Of a DNA stretch of 64,000 bases, positions 9,765 to 18,799 are shown piece by piece. This DNA is from an uncultured Nitrososphaerota archaeon (GTDB lineage: Archaea > Thermoproteota > Nitrososphaeria > Nitrososphaerales > Gagatemarchaeaceae). The translations under genes and the position numbers were made by a program. The notes beneath the pieces were generated by a model, which ran no database searches, had not been told where the DNA came from, and was given only the letters and a program-made list of their open reading frames with translations. The stretch lies in contig CAVRAG010000001.1 of NCBI GenBank assembly GCA_963718895.1, positions 10,265 to 74,264 on the forward strand, read 5' to 3'. The first letter of the stretch is position 1, and each line of letters starts with the position of its first letter.

Positions 9765-10898
9765 TCAGAGGGTAACCAGGAGGAGAACGGATGCCGCCAC
9801 CATTGCGGCCCCTCCGACCTTCTGAAGAATACTGCTGCTCTTTCCGAGCCGTGATGCTGATATGCTCACCCCCTTCTGGGTCGCATAGGTCAAAACGGCG
9901 AGAGGGGCCGAAAAGCCGAAGGCAAAGACGAGCAGGCGGGAGGCCATGGAGTAGACCCCGACTCCCGCCAGTATGTTCAACATCCCGCCGATCATGAATG
10001 GTAGGCTGCATCCGAGGGAGAGGAAGCCGTAAAGCAACGCGTAGGTGGAAATGCCTCGGATCCGGTCGCTCGATGACCACGCGCCGAGAATCCTCGCACC
10101 CGAGTGGAATAGACCGACCCCGAGCAGCGCTGCAAGCCCCAGCGCCATGAGTGCGAAGGAGATCACAAGCTTCCCGCCGAGCAGGATAGGCCAGAACAGG
10201 TTGCCCAGCAATATGAAGAGACTACCAACCAACATTATGCCGACCGCCCCTGCGGCGAACGAGGAGATGGAGGAGAGTTCGATGCTCCGCTTGGTGCCCT
10301 TTGGCCTTGCCGCGAGGAACCCTACGTAGCCGGGCAGGAGAGGAAGGACGCATGGTGAGGCGAAGACGCCCACGCCCAGAATAGCCGAGATGACCAGCGA
10401 GGGGGATTCGGACGTCAAGAACGCCATTTGTGGAGAGAGTGACGAGGAGGCCGGTCCGGACGACCCGGAGGAGGCGTCCGTCTGCAGGAACTCGTTCATT
10501 GTTTCAGTTGAGGCGAACGTCCCCTCGTGTTCCGCGACTCTCACTCCCCCGACGAACAGGATGAATGTCGGGGTCTTCATGATGTTGTAGGTCCCGAACA
10601 AGGGAGCGGTCGTCGTGCTGTACCTCACCTCAACGAGGGCAATCGAACCGCCATACTCCGTCGCGAGCGCTTGCCAGAGAGGCCTCATTGCATTGCAATC
10701 TGAGCAACCGGTCTCCGAATAGAACACCGCCACTCTGTCCGATCCGGCCAGAACGGCGTCAAGTTTCTGCGGCGTCACGTCGAGGGCGGTTGCACTCTGG
10801 GCTTCGGATTCATAGACCGCCAATACACACAGTACCAGTGTGAACACTGTAAGAAGGACCAGGAACGTCAGATCGCGTCTTTCCGTGCTCGCTTTCAG
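9765..10898 (-). CDS. Thioredoxin-domain / CcdA (DsbD-like) fusion protein
   Basis: Signal-like N-terminus, Trx CSDC motif and cis-Pro TPT, then CcdA motifs SPCVLPLLPGY and SLGCSLP. The start may be CTG 10898 (track start 10847). Confidence 0.85.
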   Translation of the reverse strand: MKASTERRDLTFLVLLTVFTLVLCVLAVYESEAQSATALDVTPQKLDAVLAGSDRVAVFYSETGCSDCNAMRPLWQALATEYGGSIALVEVRYSTTTAPLFGTYNIMKTPTFILFVGGVRVAEHEGTFASTETMNEFLQTDASSGSSGPASSSLSPQMAFLTSESPSLVISAILGVGVFASPCVLPLLPGYVGFLAARPKGTKRSIELSSISSFAAGAVGIMLVGSLFILLGNLFWPILLGGKLVISFALMALGLAALLGVGLFHSGARILGAWSSSDRIRGISTYALLYGFLSLGCSLPFMIGGMLNILAGVGVYSMASRLLVFAFGFSAPLAVLTYATQKGVSISASRLGKSSSILQKVGGAAMVAASVLLLVTL

Positions 10899-11431
10899 GT
10901 GCTGAGCACCCGATTGGGACCACTTTGGTCTGCTAGTTAAGAGGTGGGGCGTTTATCAATAGTGAGAATGGGCCCGTTCGACCACGGCCGTTGAATACTG
11001 CTCTCGTTGGGACCTACCCTCAAACGGGTTCGGACCTCGAATCTGCCTTTTCCAGGCGGCACGGATACTATCCGCGTGGGGCTCGTAGGATGCGGAAGGT
11101 TCGACAGGATAAGCGAGCGCTCCATCCTTGGTCGGAGATGTCGGGTCCACTAGGATCTGCATGGGGCCACCCGGAAGACCTCCCAATAGACGACAAGATA
11201 GCATCGTCGAAGGGACTACGCAGATCTCCTGGAGGAGGGAAAGGTCTACGCCAGCCTTAGTTCATGGAAGAATCGCATCACGAAGATGTGGGAGGGCACA
11301 TCCAGCCCGTAAAGCGCGGGTTCGAACTCGGGATAGACCTCCAACCGATTCGATTTTGGGGCTTCTGCTTCTTATGTCATCGATGGTCGCGCTCGTGGGC
11401 ACGACCCCGATGGATTTGAAGACCACTTCCT

Positions 11432-11827
11432 TCAAGACTCAGTCACCGCTTGGTTGTCCAGCGTTCCATTGATGTAGGCGACTACGGCTTCCTCGGTGAA
11501 TGCGATGGTTGTCACATACGGCTTGATTCCCATCTGACGAATTGCGTCGTACATTGGTCGCCCCATCCCTCTGGCGACGAGGGCTTCGCAATCCCTGACG
11601 TTAGAGAGCATCTCCCCGTGCCCGGGATGTTCGTCACCACCTTCGTGCGTGACACCGCCGTCAGTGCGTTCCCCTCCATGATGCCAATGCCAGGCCTTCG
11701 GCCTCATTTCCTTCCCCTTGATTACGCCGCCTTCTATCTCGAAGACCAGATAGAACTGCGCCATGCCGAAGTGAGGTGAGACTGTCCTTCCGTCGTTGGT
11801 TACGACTCCGATCCTGATGCCGCCCAT
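11432..11827 (-). CDS. NifB/NifX (FeMo-cofactor-binding) family protein with His-rich loop
   Basis: VSPHFGMAQFYLVFEI...CEALVARGMG; His-rich insert WHWHHGG..HEGGDEHPGH. Confidence 0.85.
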   Translation of the reverse strand: MGGIRIGVVTNDGRTVSPHFGMAQFYLVFEIEGGVIKGKEMRPKAWHWHHGGERTDGGVTHEGGDEHPGHGEMLSNVRDCEALVARGMGRPMYDAIRQMGIKPYVTTIAFTEEAVVAYINGTLDNQAVTES

Positions 11828-11834
11828 CCCCCTT

Positions 11835-12341
11835 TCACTGGAAGACAACGGCGGCCACCCTCTTCTTCGCCTCGCCAAGTATCTCCTCTATCCTCTCCAT
11901 CTTCTCGCTGTCGATGTAGTCTGCGTTCATCATGATCATCGCCTGCATGTCCCGGAGGTCGCCCATGAAGCTGAACTGCCCCACCCTTCCGGCGTACTCC
12001 TGTCCTGCCTTCAGACGGCCGACGACATCCTCATTCTCTTCGAGGTGCTTCTTTCCCTCCTCCGTTATTGAATAGACCCTCTTGCCATCTTTCTCCTCAG
12101 AGACCACTAACCCCAGGTCCTCGAGCTCATGCAGCGTCGGATACACCATGCCAGCGCTGACGGGACGCTGGTAGGTCCTTCCGATCTCTTGAATCAGGGC
12201 GTATCCATGCATTGGCTTCTGACTCAGAGCGATGAGGATGAGGAATCGGAACTCACCGCGCCTCGCGCCGAACCCCATGCCTAGTCCTCCGCCCATAGGC
12301 CCGAAGCCATGGTGTCCGTGGTGATGCCCGTGTTCAACCAT
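11835..12341 (-). CDS. PadR family transcriptional regulator, His-rich N-terminus
   Basis: PMHGYALIQEI...SAGMVYPTLHELEDLGLV...KRVYSITEEG; N-terminal HGHHHGHH. Confidence 0.92.
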   Translation of the reverse strand: MVEHGHHHGHHGFGPMGGGLGMGFGARRGEFRFLILIALSQKPMHGYALIQEIGRTYQRPVSAGMVYPTLHELEDLGLVVSEEKDGKRVYSITEEGKKHLEENEDVVGRLKAGQEYAGRVGQFSFMGDLRDMQAMIMMNADYIDSEKMERIEEILGEAKKRVAAVVFQ

Positions 12342-12374
12342 TTTCCATCGCCTGCCACATCACTTGATATATTA

Positions 12375-12400
12375 ATAAATGCATCAATTGATATGTTTAT
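12375..12400. promoter_or_regulatory. Interrupted palindrome, likely PadR operator
   Basis: ATAAA-tgc-ATCAATTGAT-atg-TTTAT between the divergent padR and small gene. Confidence 0.55.
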
Positions 12401-12441
12401 TTACACCCACTTCCATCATCATTGGGGGAAGTGAGAAAACA

Positions 12442-12621
12442 ATGTGTGGACACTGCCACGACGAATGGAGCGGCTGCTACTCGCATCACTACTCGAGATC
12501 CAATCGAATTAGGGCAGGATACTACGAGGAGCCCACTCCAGAAGACAGACGCGAATACCTGGAAGAAGAGAAGAGAAGACTCAAGGAGATAGAAGCAAGA
12601 ATGGCAGCCGCGACCAAGTAG
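12442..12621 (+). CDS. Small Cys/His-rich protein with coiled-coil tail (DUF5320-like)
   Basis: MCGHCHDEWSGCYSHH...PTPEDRREYLEEEKRRLKEIEARM; GGGGAAGTGA SD-like sequence upstream. Confidence 0.6.
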   Translation: MCGHCHDEWSGCYSHHYSRSNRIRAGYYEEPTPEDRREYLEEEKRRLKEIEARMAAATK

Positions 12622-12758
12622 AGCGACTGCCGCTGCACTAGCCTTCTCCTTCTTCAGTCTTGCCGCATTCCAGAACATCCCCAAGAGAACGAATTCTGTC
12701 GCCCTACTGCCCGGTTGAGACCGTTACCCGACACCCAGGAGAATAAGCGGTCCAAACG

Positions 12759-13448
12759 TCAACAAGGACGGTCGCCAGCTGTGATAACATTCATCCTCCG
12801 GAAGAGACGCCTCCCGCGACCGGCTGCTTCTCGGGGCTTCTCGTTCAGGAATCCATCATGCAGAGTCGTCCTCTGCTTAGGGACCTCGCAGACAATCCCA
12901 TAGTGATACGGACCCGCGTATATCGACCTCCTGACCCTGAAACCGCCCTCGGAGAGCAGGGTCATTGACTCTTCCTTGCTAAGGCGGATGCCCAGGGGCG
13001 GACCATTCTCCGATTGAACTTTCCGCCAATCCACGTCTACCACTGTCGCTTCCGGCTTGGATATGCGCCTGACCTCCTTGAGGAATTGCTTCCTGTCCTC
13101 TACATCATGGAGGATGTTCGCGAGGAGCGTCACATCAACGGAACCTGAAGGGATGCCGGTCCTAGAGATGTCGGCTTCGACGACCTTGACCCTCTTCCCG
13201 TCCATACCACACCTCTCAATCCCAATCCGCAGGTGGTGCAGCATGGCCGGATCCGCATCTACGGCGTAGACTTTCCCTTTCTCGCCCACCATCGAGGCAA
13301 TCGGCAGAACGAAGAATCCGGGCCCGCAACCCAGATCAGCAACCGTCATGCCTTCCCCAATCCCGATGTCCTTTGCAATCTTCACTGGGTCCTGCCACAC
13401 TCTCCGTGCATCCGACATCAGGCGCCTGACGTAGTCATCGACACCCAT
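12759..13448 (-). CDS. Class I SAM-dependent methyltransferase
   Basis: VADLGCGPG, VYAVD, ANILHD, VDVDW..GPP. Confidence 0.9.
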   Translation of the reverse strand: MGVDDYVRRLMSDARRVWQDPVKIAKDIGIGEGMTVADLGCGPGFFVLPIASMVGEKGKVYAVDADPAMLHHLRIGIERCGMDGKRVKVVEADISRTGIPSGSVDVTLLANILHDVEDRKQFLKEVRRISKPEATVVDVDWRKVQSENGPPLGIRLSKEESMTLLSEGGFRVRRSIYAGPYHYGIVCEVPKQRTTLHDGFLNEKPREAAGRGRRLFRRMNVITAGDRPC

Positions 13449-13843
13449 GGTTCAGGTTGCAGGGCACACTAGAAAAAGGGACCGATGCCCCGCTTCCTCT
13501 GGGGGAAGAACTCCCGCGTGGCCAGTTCATCCTGGAACTCGGAGAGGAGTAGGGCCCTCCGGTGTGAGCTGGCACTGCGGTCAACGTCGCAGTCGAAGGC
13601 ACGGCAACGAGAAGAACGAATAGGACGACTGTCCGACCTCGAAGTCTCAATAACTGCCTCTCGAGTCGAGAATGGCGCAAATGCCCGCCTATGAGGGTGG
13701 TTATATTTCGCTGCGCTGCTTCTTGCGTGGCTCACGAACACTCACCCGCCTGCTACGCATTAGCCGACCAGCCCGGTGGTGGGATATGATATACGCACGG
13801 CTAAGCTAGATGGTGAAGCAATCCTTTTTCCAAGGCTTCTTTG

Positions 13844-14821
13844 TCAGGCTCTGTCGTCATCTACTATGGTTATGACTACATTCCCTGTTTTTTGACCCTT
13901 TTCGACATACCTGTAGGCTTCGGCGATTTGCTCCAGCGAGTAGCGTCTATCGATGACCGGCCTGAATTTGCCCGAATCAATGAGCTCTTTGAAGAAGACC
14001 GCGTCTTCCTTCTTCTCCTTTGGAATAGGGAATATGACCTTCTTGGCGCCGAACATCGAAGTCCATAGTGACAAGAATGCGTTCTGGTACAAGAAACCAA
14101 GTTCGGTCGAACAGTAAATCCCGCCAGGTTTCAGCAATCTCTTGCAGGCGCCAAACGAGCTCTTGCCGACCGCATCAAAGACGAAGTCATACTCCCCGCC
14201 GCTCTTTGTGAAATCTTCCTTCGTGTAATCAATCACCCTGTCGGCCCCAAGAGATTCCACTAACCCTGCACTCCTTGTGCCGCACACGGCTGTAACCTCG
14301 GCACCGTAGTATTTTACGAGCTGGACGGCGGCTGAGCCGATGCCGCCTGTCGCGCCGTTAATCAGGACCTTTTGCCCGCTCCGAACGTTCGCTTTCCTGA
14401 TGTTGTTGAGCGCGTAGTGTCCACCCTCAGTTATTGGCGCGGCTTCTTCGTAGGTCATGTTCGTCGGGATGGCTGCCAGCATGCCTTGTTCGGGCACGGT
14501 CAGGTACTCTGCATGGGCACCAAAACTAACCCCGCTGTATCCAAAGACGCGGTCGCCGTTCGCGAACGATTTTACGTCCTTGCCCACTGCTTCAATTTTG
14601 CCGGCGAATTCGTTCCCTAGTATCCTCCTTTTTGGTCCGAAAAGGCCGCTCACAAGCCTCACAAAAGACGGCTTGCCTCTCAGGAAGCCGCAGTCTGTCC
14701 GATTTACCGTTGCCGCGTGTGTTTTGATTAGAACCTCGTTGTCCTTGGGAGTCGGTTTCGGTACCTCCTTGAGCTGAAGAACGTCAGGAGGCCCGTACTT
14801 GGTGTACACAACTGCCTTCAT
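13844..14821 (-). CDS. NAD(P)-dependent medium-chain dehydrogenase / quinone oxidoreductase (Zn-free MDR)
   Basis: MKAVVYTKYGPPDVL, VLINGATGGIGSAAVQL, LGADRVIDY, VIDRRY. Confidence 0.92.
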   Translation of the reverse strand: MKAVVYTKYGPPDVLQLKEVPKPTPKDNEVLIKTHAATVNRTDCGFLRGKPSFVRLVSGLFGPKRRILGNEFAGKIEAVGKDVKSFANGDRVFGYSGVSFGAHAEYLTVPEQGMLAAIPTNMTYEEAAPITEGGHYALNNIRKANVRSGQKVLINGATGGIGSAAVQLVKYYGAEVTAVCGTRSAGLVESLGADRVIDYTKEDFTKSGGEYDFVFDAVGKSSFGACKRLLKPGGIYCSTELGFLYQNAFLSLWTSMFGAKKVIFPIPKEKKEDAVFFKELIDSGKFRPVIDRRYSLEQIAEAYRYVEKGQKTGNVVITIVDDDRA

Positions 14822-15004
14822 GTTGTGGGTGGTGATGATGACTGCTGGAACCTTTCGGGAGATAGGTTGCCCGTTCATGTCTCTGGAAACTCTCGACGGG
14901 CCCCAGCAGGCGTTCCTATCAACGTTGGAAGCTCGCGTGTAGCGCACCGTAGGGCGACAGACCGGATTGTTCCCGGGGTCGCTTGTCGGCTCATTTCTGG
15001 ATCA

Positions 15005-15550
15005 TCAGCCGACGATTTGGGTTATCTGCTTGGCTATCCCGCTCTCGACATGTGTCGTCCAGAGTACCTCCGACCCATCCACCACCAGAGCCAGCGGAGA
15101 GAAGAGTATCGTCTCAACAACCGCCACGCCGGCGTTCTGGAGCCATTTCCCGATTCCGATGTGGACTGAGAAGTCCGTGGGCTGCCCGGCGATCAAAATC
15201 GAGAAAGCCCTGTTCGCATCGACCAATCCGCGGAGGATTCCCGCCTTCTGGGCCTGAATGACGTTGCCGATGGGCGCCTTCATCGACTGGGTCTTGTATC
15301 CATCGGTCTTGAGCTGCTGCTCTATCTGCTGCGACAGCTGATCCAGGTCCTTGTTCTTTCCCTGGAAGCTAAGGTTAATCCAAGCTGCGGTGTCCTTCGG
15401 TATCGCATTTGAGGTGTTTCCAGCCATCATGTTATCTCGAAGGATATCCCTCATCGGCCCGGTTAAGGGGGACGTATTTTCTGTAAGGTTTTGTGTTTCT
15501 TGCACCGGAACCTGTTGGGCGCCTGCGGTGACCGCGTGTTGGAGCTCCAT
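15005..15550 (-). CDS. Hypothetical protein (true start uncertain, probably near 15380)
   Basis: Host-like codon usage and a protein-like sequence from INLSFQGKNKDL to the end. Confidence 0.55.
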   Translation of the reverse strand: MELQHAVTAGAQQVPVQETQNLTENTSPLTGPMRDILRDNMMAGNTSNAIPKDTAAWINLSFQGKNKDLDQLSQQIEQQLKTDGYKTQSMKAPIGNVIQAQKAGILRGLVDANRAFSILIAGQPTDFSVHIGIGKWLQNAGVAVVETILFSPLALVVDGSEVLWTTHVESGIAKQITQIVG

Positions 15551-15618
15551 CTTCCGCCACCGCCTCCAAAGCGGTCCAGTTGGAAGTGATTTGGGGACGG
15601 TTCTCTCGGCTGGGACCA

Positions 15619-16455
15619 TCAGCGGCGGAACAGGTTCTCGGGCAGCTCTGGCTTGGCTAGGACATAGCGCAGCTCCCCAGCCTGCTCCAGGAGGGCCACC
15701 GCCGCGAAGCCCGCCCCGAAGTAGCGCCGGAAGGCTTCCCTGGTCGCCTCCCGCCACCTTCTTGCCTCGCCCACGTCCTTCTTCTTCAGCTCTACGATGT
15801 CTCTTGGGATGTCGAGGAGAGCCTTATCGACCGATAGGTCGACGCGCCAGTCCGCGCACTTCGGGTAGGGTTCGGAGCCGCTCCTCTGGATGACTCGGAA
15901 CGTCTCGCTGGTAACACCCCTGCCGGAAGCCCGTATGATCCTCTGGGTCGGGGAATCAAGGAACCACTCGCACAGAAATCGGTCCGTGGGCAGCCCCCAG
16001 TTTATCGAGTCGTTCATCGGGCCATAGTAGTCCAGGAGGTAGTTCCGAGAGATGACCCCGAGCTTCTTCATGTTGAAGTGTGCGTTGCGCCCGATCATTG
16101 GGTCGAAGGTCCATGCGATCATGTGGAAGCCCCTCCTGAGGGCGATCTCCCTCTGTTTACGCTTCAGCAGATACCCGACGCCCTTCGACTGATACTCCTT
16201 CGCGACGCCCGTCTGGTGGGAGTACATGTAGACGTTCCCGCTCTTGTAACCCATCAGCAGCAGCGAGTAGCCAACCATCTGTTTGCCGTCGAAGGCCCCC
16301 AGCACCAACCCACCGTTGTCCTGAATCGCTATCAACACCTCCTTGGGAGTTACACCCCTGTCACCACCCCCCCAGGCAGAGGCCTGGACGCCCTCGGCCA
16401 ACTCGAACTCGGCGGTATTCGAGAGGGCTCGGACTCTCACACCCAAGGCAGTCAT
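15619..16455 (-). CDS. GNAT family acyltransferase (OSBS/NSAR-associated type)
   Basis: YSHQTGVAKEYQSKGVG, WTFDPM..RNAHFN..KLG, DYYG..D.IN.GLPTDRF. Confidence 0.88.
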   Translation of the reverse strand: MTALGVRVRALSNTAEFELAEGVQASAWGGGDRGVTPKEVLIAIQDNGGLVLGAFDGKQMVGYSLLLMGYKSGNVYMYSHQTGVAKEYQSKGVGYLLKRKQREIALRRGFHMIAWTFDPMIGRNAHFNMKKLGVISRNYLLDYYGPMNDSINWGLPTDRFLCEWFLDSPTQRIIRASGRGVTSETFRVIQRSGSEPYPKCADWRVDLSVDKALLDIPRDIVELKKKDVGEARRWREATREAFRRYFGAGFAAVALLEQAGELRYVLAKPELPENLFRR

Positions 16456-16533
16456 CTGCTTTCACAAAACCGATTATAAGCCTTGAAGCGCCGAGAGGAA
16501 GGACAATTAAGCCGGCACGCCTGTCCGCGGACG

Positions 16534-17619
16534 TTGGAACTCAAAGTTAGCCTCATCAGGCTGCCTTTTCTCTCTCCCTTCACGACGAGCTTCGGGACGG
16601 AGGCGGAGAGAAACGCCCTGATCCTGGAGATGAGCGCGGACGGAGTCGAGGCCTACGCCGAGGCGGTCACCAGCGAGGGACCGTACTACAGCTACGAGGA
16701 CAACGAGACGGCCCTCCACATAATCCGCGATTATCTGGCCCCGGAACTGAAGGGGCTACCCAACCCCGCCGAGTTCCTCGAGCGCACCTGGAGGATCAAG
16801 GGCCACAACATGGCGAAGGCGTCCTTGGAGATGCTCCTGTGGGATTATCATGCGAAAGTCCGGGGCGAGCCGCTCAGTAAGGCGCTGGGAGACTCCAAGG
16901 GTTACGCCGACGTCGGGATCTCCCTCGGCATCGACCGGCCGGAGGTCACGCTCAAGAGGGTTGGGGACGCCATCGACCGGGGTTACAAGCGCATCAAGCT
17001 GAAGATTGAGAGGGGCAAGGAGTACGGCATAGTGAAGAACGTCCGGGACTCCTTTCCGGAAGCCCAACTTAGCGCAGACGCCAACTCGTGCTACACGCTG
17101 AAGGACATGGACGCCCTTAAGCGGCTGGACGCGTTCAACCTCGTCTATCTGGAGCAGCCGCTGGAGCATGATGACCTGCTGGACCATTCTAAGCTGGCAA
17201 GGGAGCTCTCCACCCCCATCTGTCTCGACGAGTCGATAACAAGCCCCGAGAGGGCGAGCCAGGCCTTTGAGCTGAACGCCGCGAAGGTCGTGAACATTAA
17301 ACCGGGACGCGTCGGAGGGCTGGTAAACTCGAAACGAATAGCCGAGATCACCAGGGAGAACGGTGGCCACGTCTGGGTGGGCGGAATGCTGGAGACCGGG
17401 ATCGGGAGGGCGTTCAACGTGGCCTTCGCCTCGCTCCGCCTCATAGACTACCCGGGCGACACTTCACCCAACGACAAGTACTTCGCTCGCGACCTCGTAA
17501 AGAACCCATTCAATATGACGGATGGGACGATCGCGCCCAACAAAGGACCTGGCATCGGGGTCGAAGTCGACGGAGAGTTCCTCGCCACGTCCGCCGTAAA
17601 GAGCTGGACCCTGCGCTAG
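16534..17619 (+). CDS. menC: o-succinylbenzoate synthase / N-succinylamino-acid racemase (enolase superfamily)
   Basis: PFTTSFG, KLK, DAN, EQPL, DES, NIKPGRVGG, WVGGMLETGIGRA, PGDTS. Confidence 0.9.
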   Translation: MELKVSLIRLPFLSPFTTSFGTEAERNALILEMSADGVEAYAEAVTSEGPYYSYEDNETALHIIRDYLAPELKGLPNPAEFLERTWRIKGHNMAKASLEMLLWDYHAKVRGEPLSKALGDSKGYADVGISLGIDRPEVTLKRVGDAIDRGYKRIKLKIERGKEYGIVKNVRDSFPEAQLSADANSCYTLKDMDALKRLDAFNLVYLEQPLEHDDLLDHSKLARELSTPICLDESITSPERASQAFELNAAKVVNIKPGRVGGLVNSKRIAEITRENGGHVWVGGMLETGIGRAFNVAFASLRLIDYPGDTSPNDKYFARDLVKNPFNMTDGTIAPNKGPGIGVEVDGEFLATSAVKSWTLR

Positions 17620-17783
17620 GAGATCGCGGGGGCTGTAGGCCCAACATGGGGGGATCAGGAGAAACGACCTCCTCGCTACGAACCCGACTGTGACCATCTG
17701 CTCCTCACTAACCGTGGCAGAAGCCCCCCGAGTACTTGACAGAACTCTACTGCCGGGATGACGTTCTCTGCGTTACCGCAACC

Positions 17784-18773
17784 TCATCTCACGAGATGTT
17801 CGGCGGAACCGGCCGTGTCGCCGCCCACGTTCACATGCGGGGGGAGAGGGGGCCCTCCGCCGCGCCCCGAGAAGGGCTTGGTTGTCCTGGAGTAGATGAG
17901 AAGGACCCCGATGTAGAAGGCGAAGAAGATGCCGTAGCCCAGCCAATCGTGTATTCCCCAGAACGCCGCCGAGCCTTCCTCGAACCCGAACCATATCATG
18001 AGCGCTATCCTCGCCGAGTCGAGCAGAGGGATGACCAGCACCCCGACGATCGCGAACTTCGCCGTCGTGGACAGGGACCTGCCTATGTCTAGCTGCATCA
18101 GGCCGAGCAGAGCGAGGTAGATGCTGATGGAATAGACGGCCGAGCAGGCGGGTGTGACGACGGCGCTCACAGACTCGCCCGTCCGGGAGACGAAGGCGAA
18201 GGACGCGCCCTGCCAGGCCACGTTTATCCCGAGGGCGCCGGTTATTCCTGAGGTCAGGTAGCTCGAGAGGGAGGCCATGGGTCCTCCGAGGGTGTCCAAC
18301 ATGAAGAGCGGTGCGATCAGACCTATCGCGTACAGCGACGTATAGGGGAGCATTATCCTCCACATCCTGGGACTCAGGGCGATTAGGGCACCGTATGCGA
18401 CGAGCACCAGGGAACAGGCAGATATCTCCATGGCGAGGTACACCGATTGTCCCAGCTGAAGGGAGAAGAGTGCCCAGAGGGCAGCCGGCAGAAGGACGAA
18501 CGCAACACCCACCAGCCTGATGGCGGGCATCGAGGTCGCGCCCTGCTCGGTCAGAAGCACCTTGTGAAAATCGTTCCACCGAAGCGCTGTCAGCAGAATC
18601 AGGAGGGCGAGAAAGGGGTACGCCGGAAAGACAGTGCCTAGGGTCGATGTGAGCAGCTCGCTGAGTCCCGACGTCAGGACTAGAACCTGGTTGGAGTAGA
18701 GGGCAAAGATCAGAAAGAACGTGGCGCCTAGCCATACGACGAGCCTTGCGTGTCCGCGGTCGACCCTAATCAT
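17784..18773 (-). CDS. Archaeosortase/exosortase family protein
   Basis: Polytopic protein with the Cys-Arg-His triad contexts VTPACSAVYSI, LLDSARIA and FWGIHDWLG. Confidence 0.85.
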   Translation of the reverse strand: MIRVDRGHARLVVWLGATFFLIFALYSNQVLVLTSGLSELLTSTLGTVFPAYPFLALLILLTALRWNDFHKVLLTEQGATSMPAIRLVGVAFVLLPAALWALFSLQLGQSVYLAMEISACSLVLVAYGALIALSPRMWRIMLPYTSLYAIGLIAPLFMLDTLGGPMASLSSYLTSGITGALGINVAWQGASFAFVSRTGESVSAVVTPACSAVYSISIYLALLGLMQLDIGRSLSTTAKFAIVGVLVIPLLDSARIALMIWFGFEEGSAAFWGIHDWLGYGIFFAFYIGVLLIYSRTTKPFSGRGGGPPLPPHVNVGGDTAGSAEHLVR

Positions 18774-18799
18774 GGCTCGTCCGAGCCTGCGAGCTGAAA

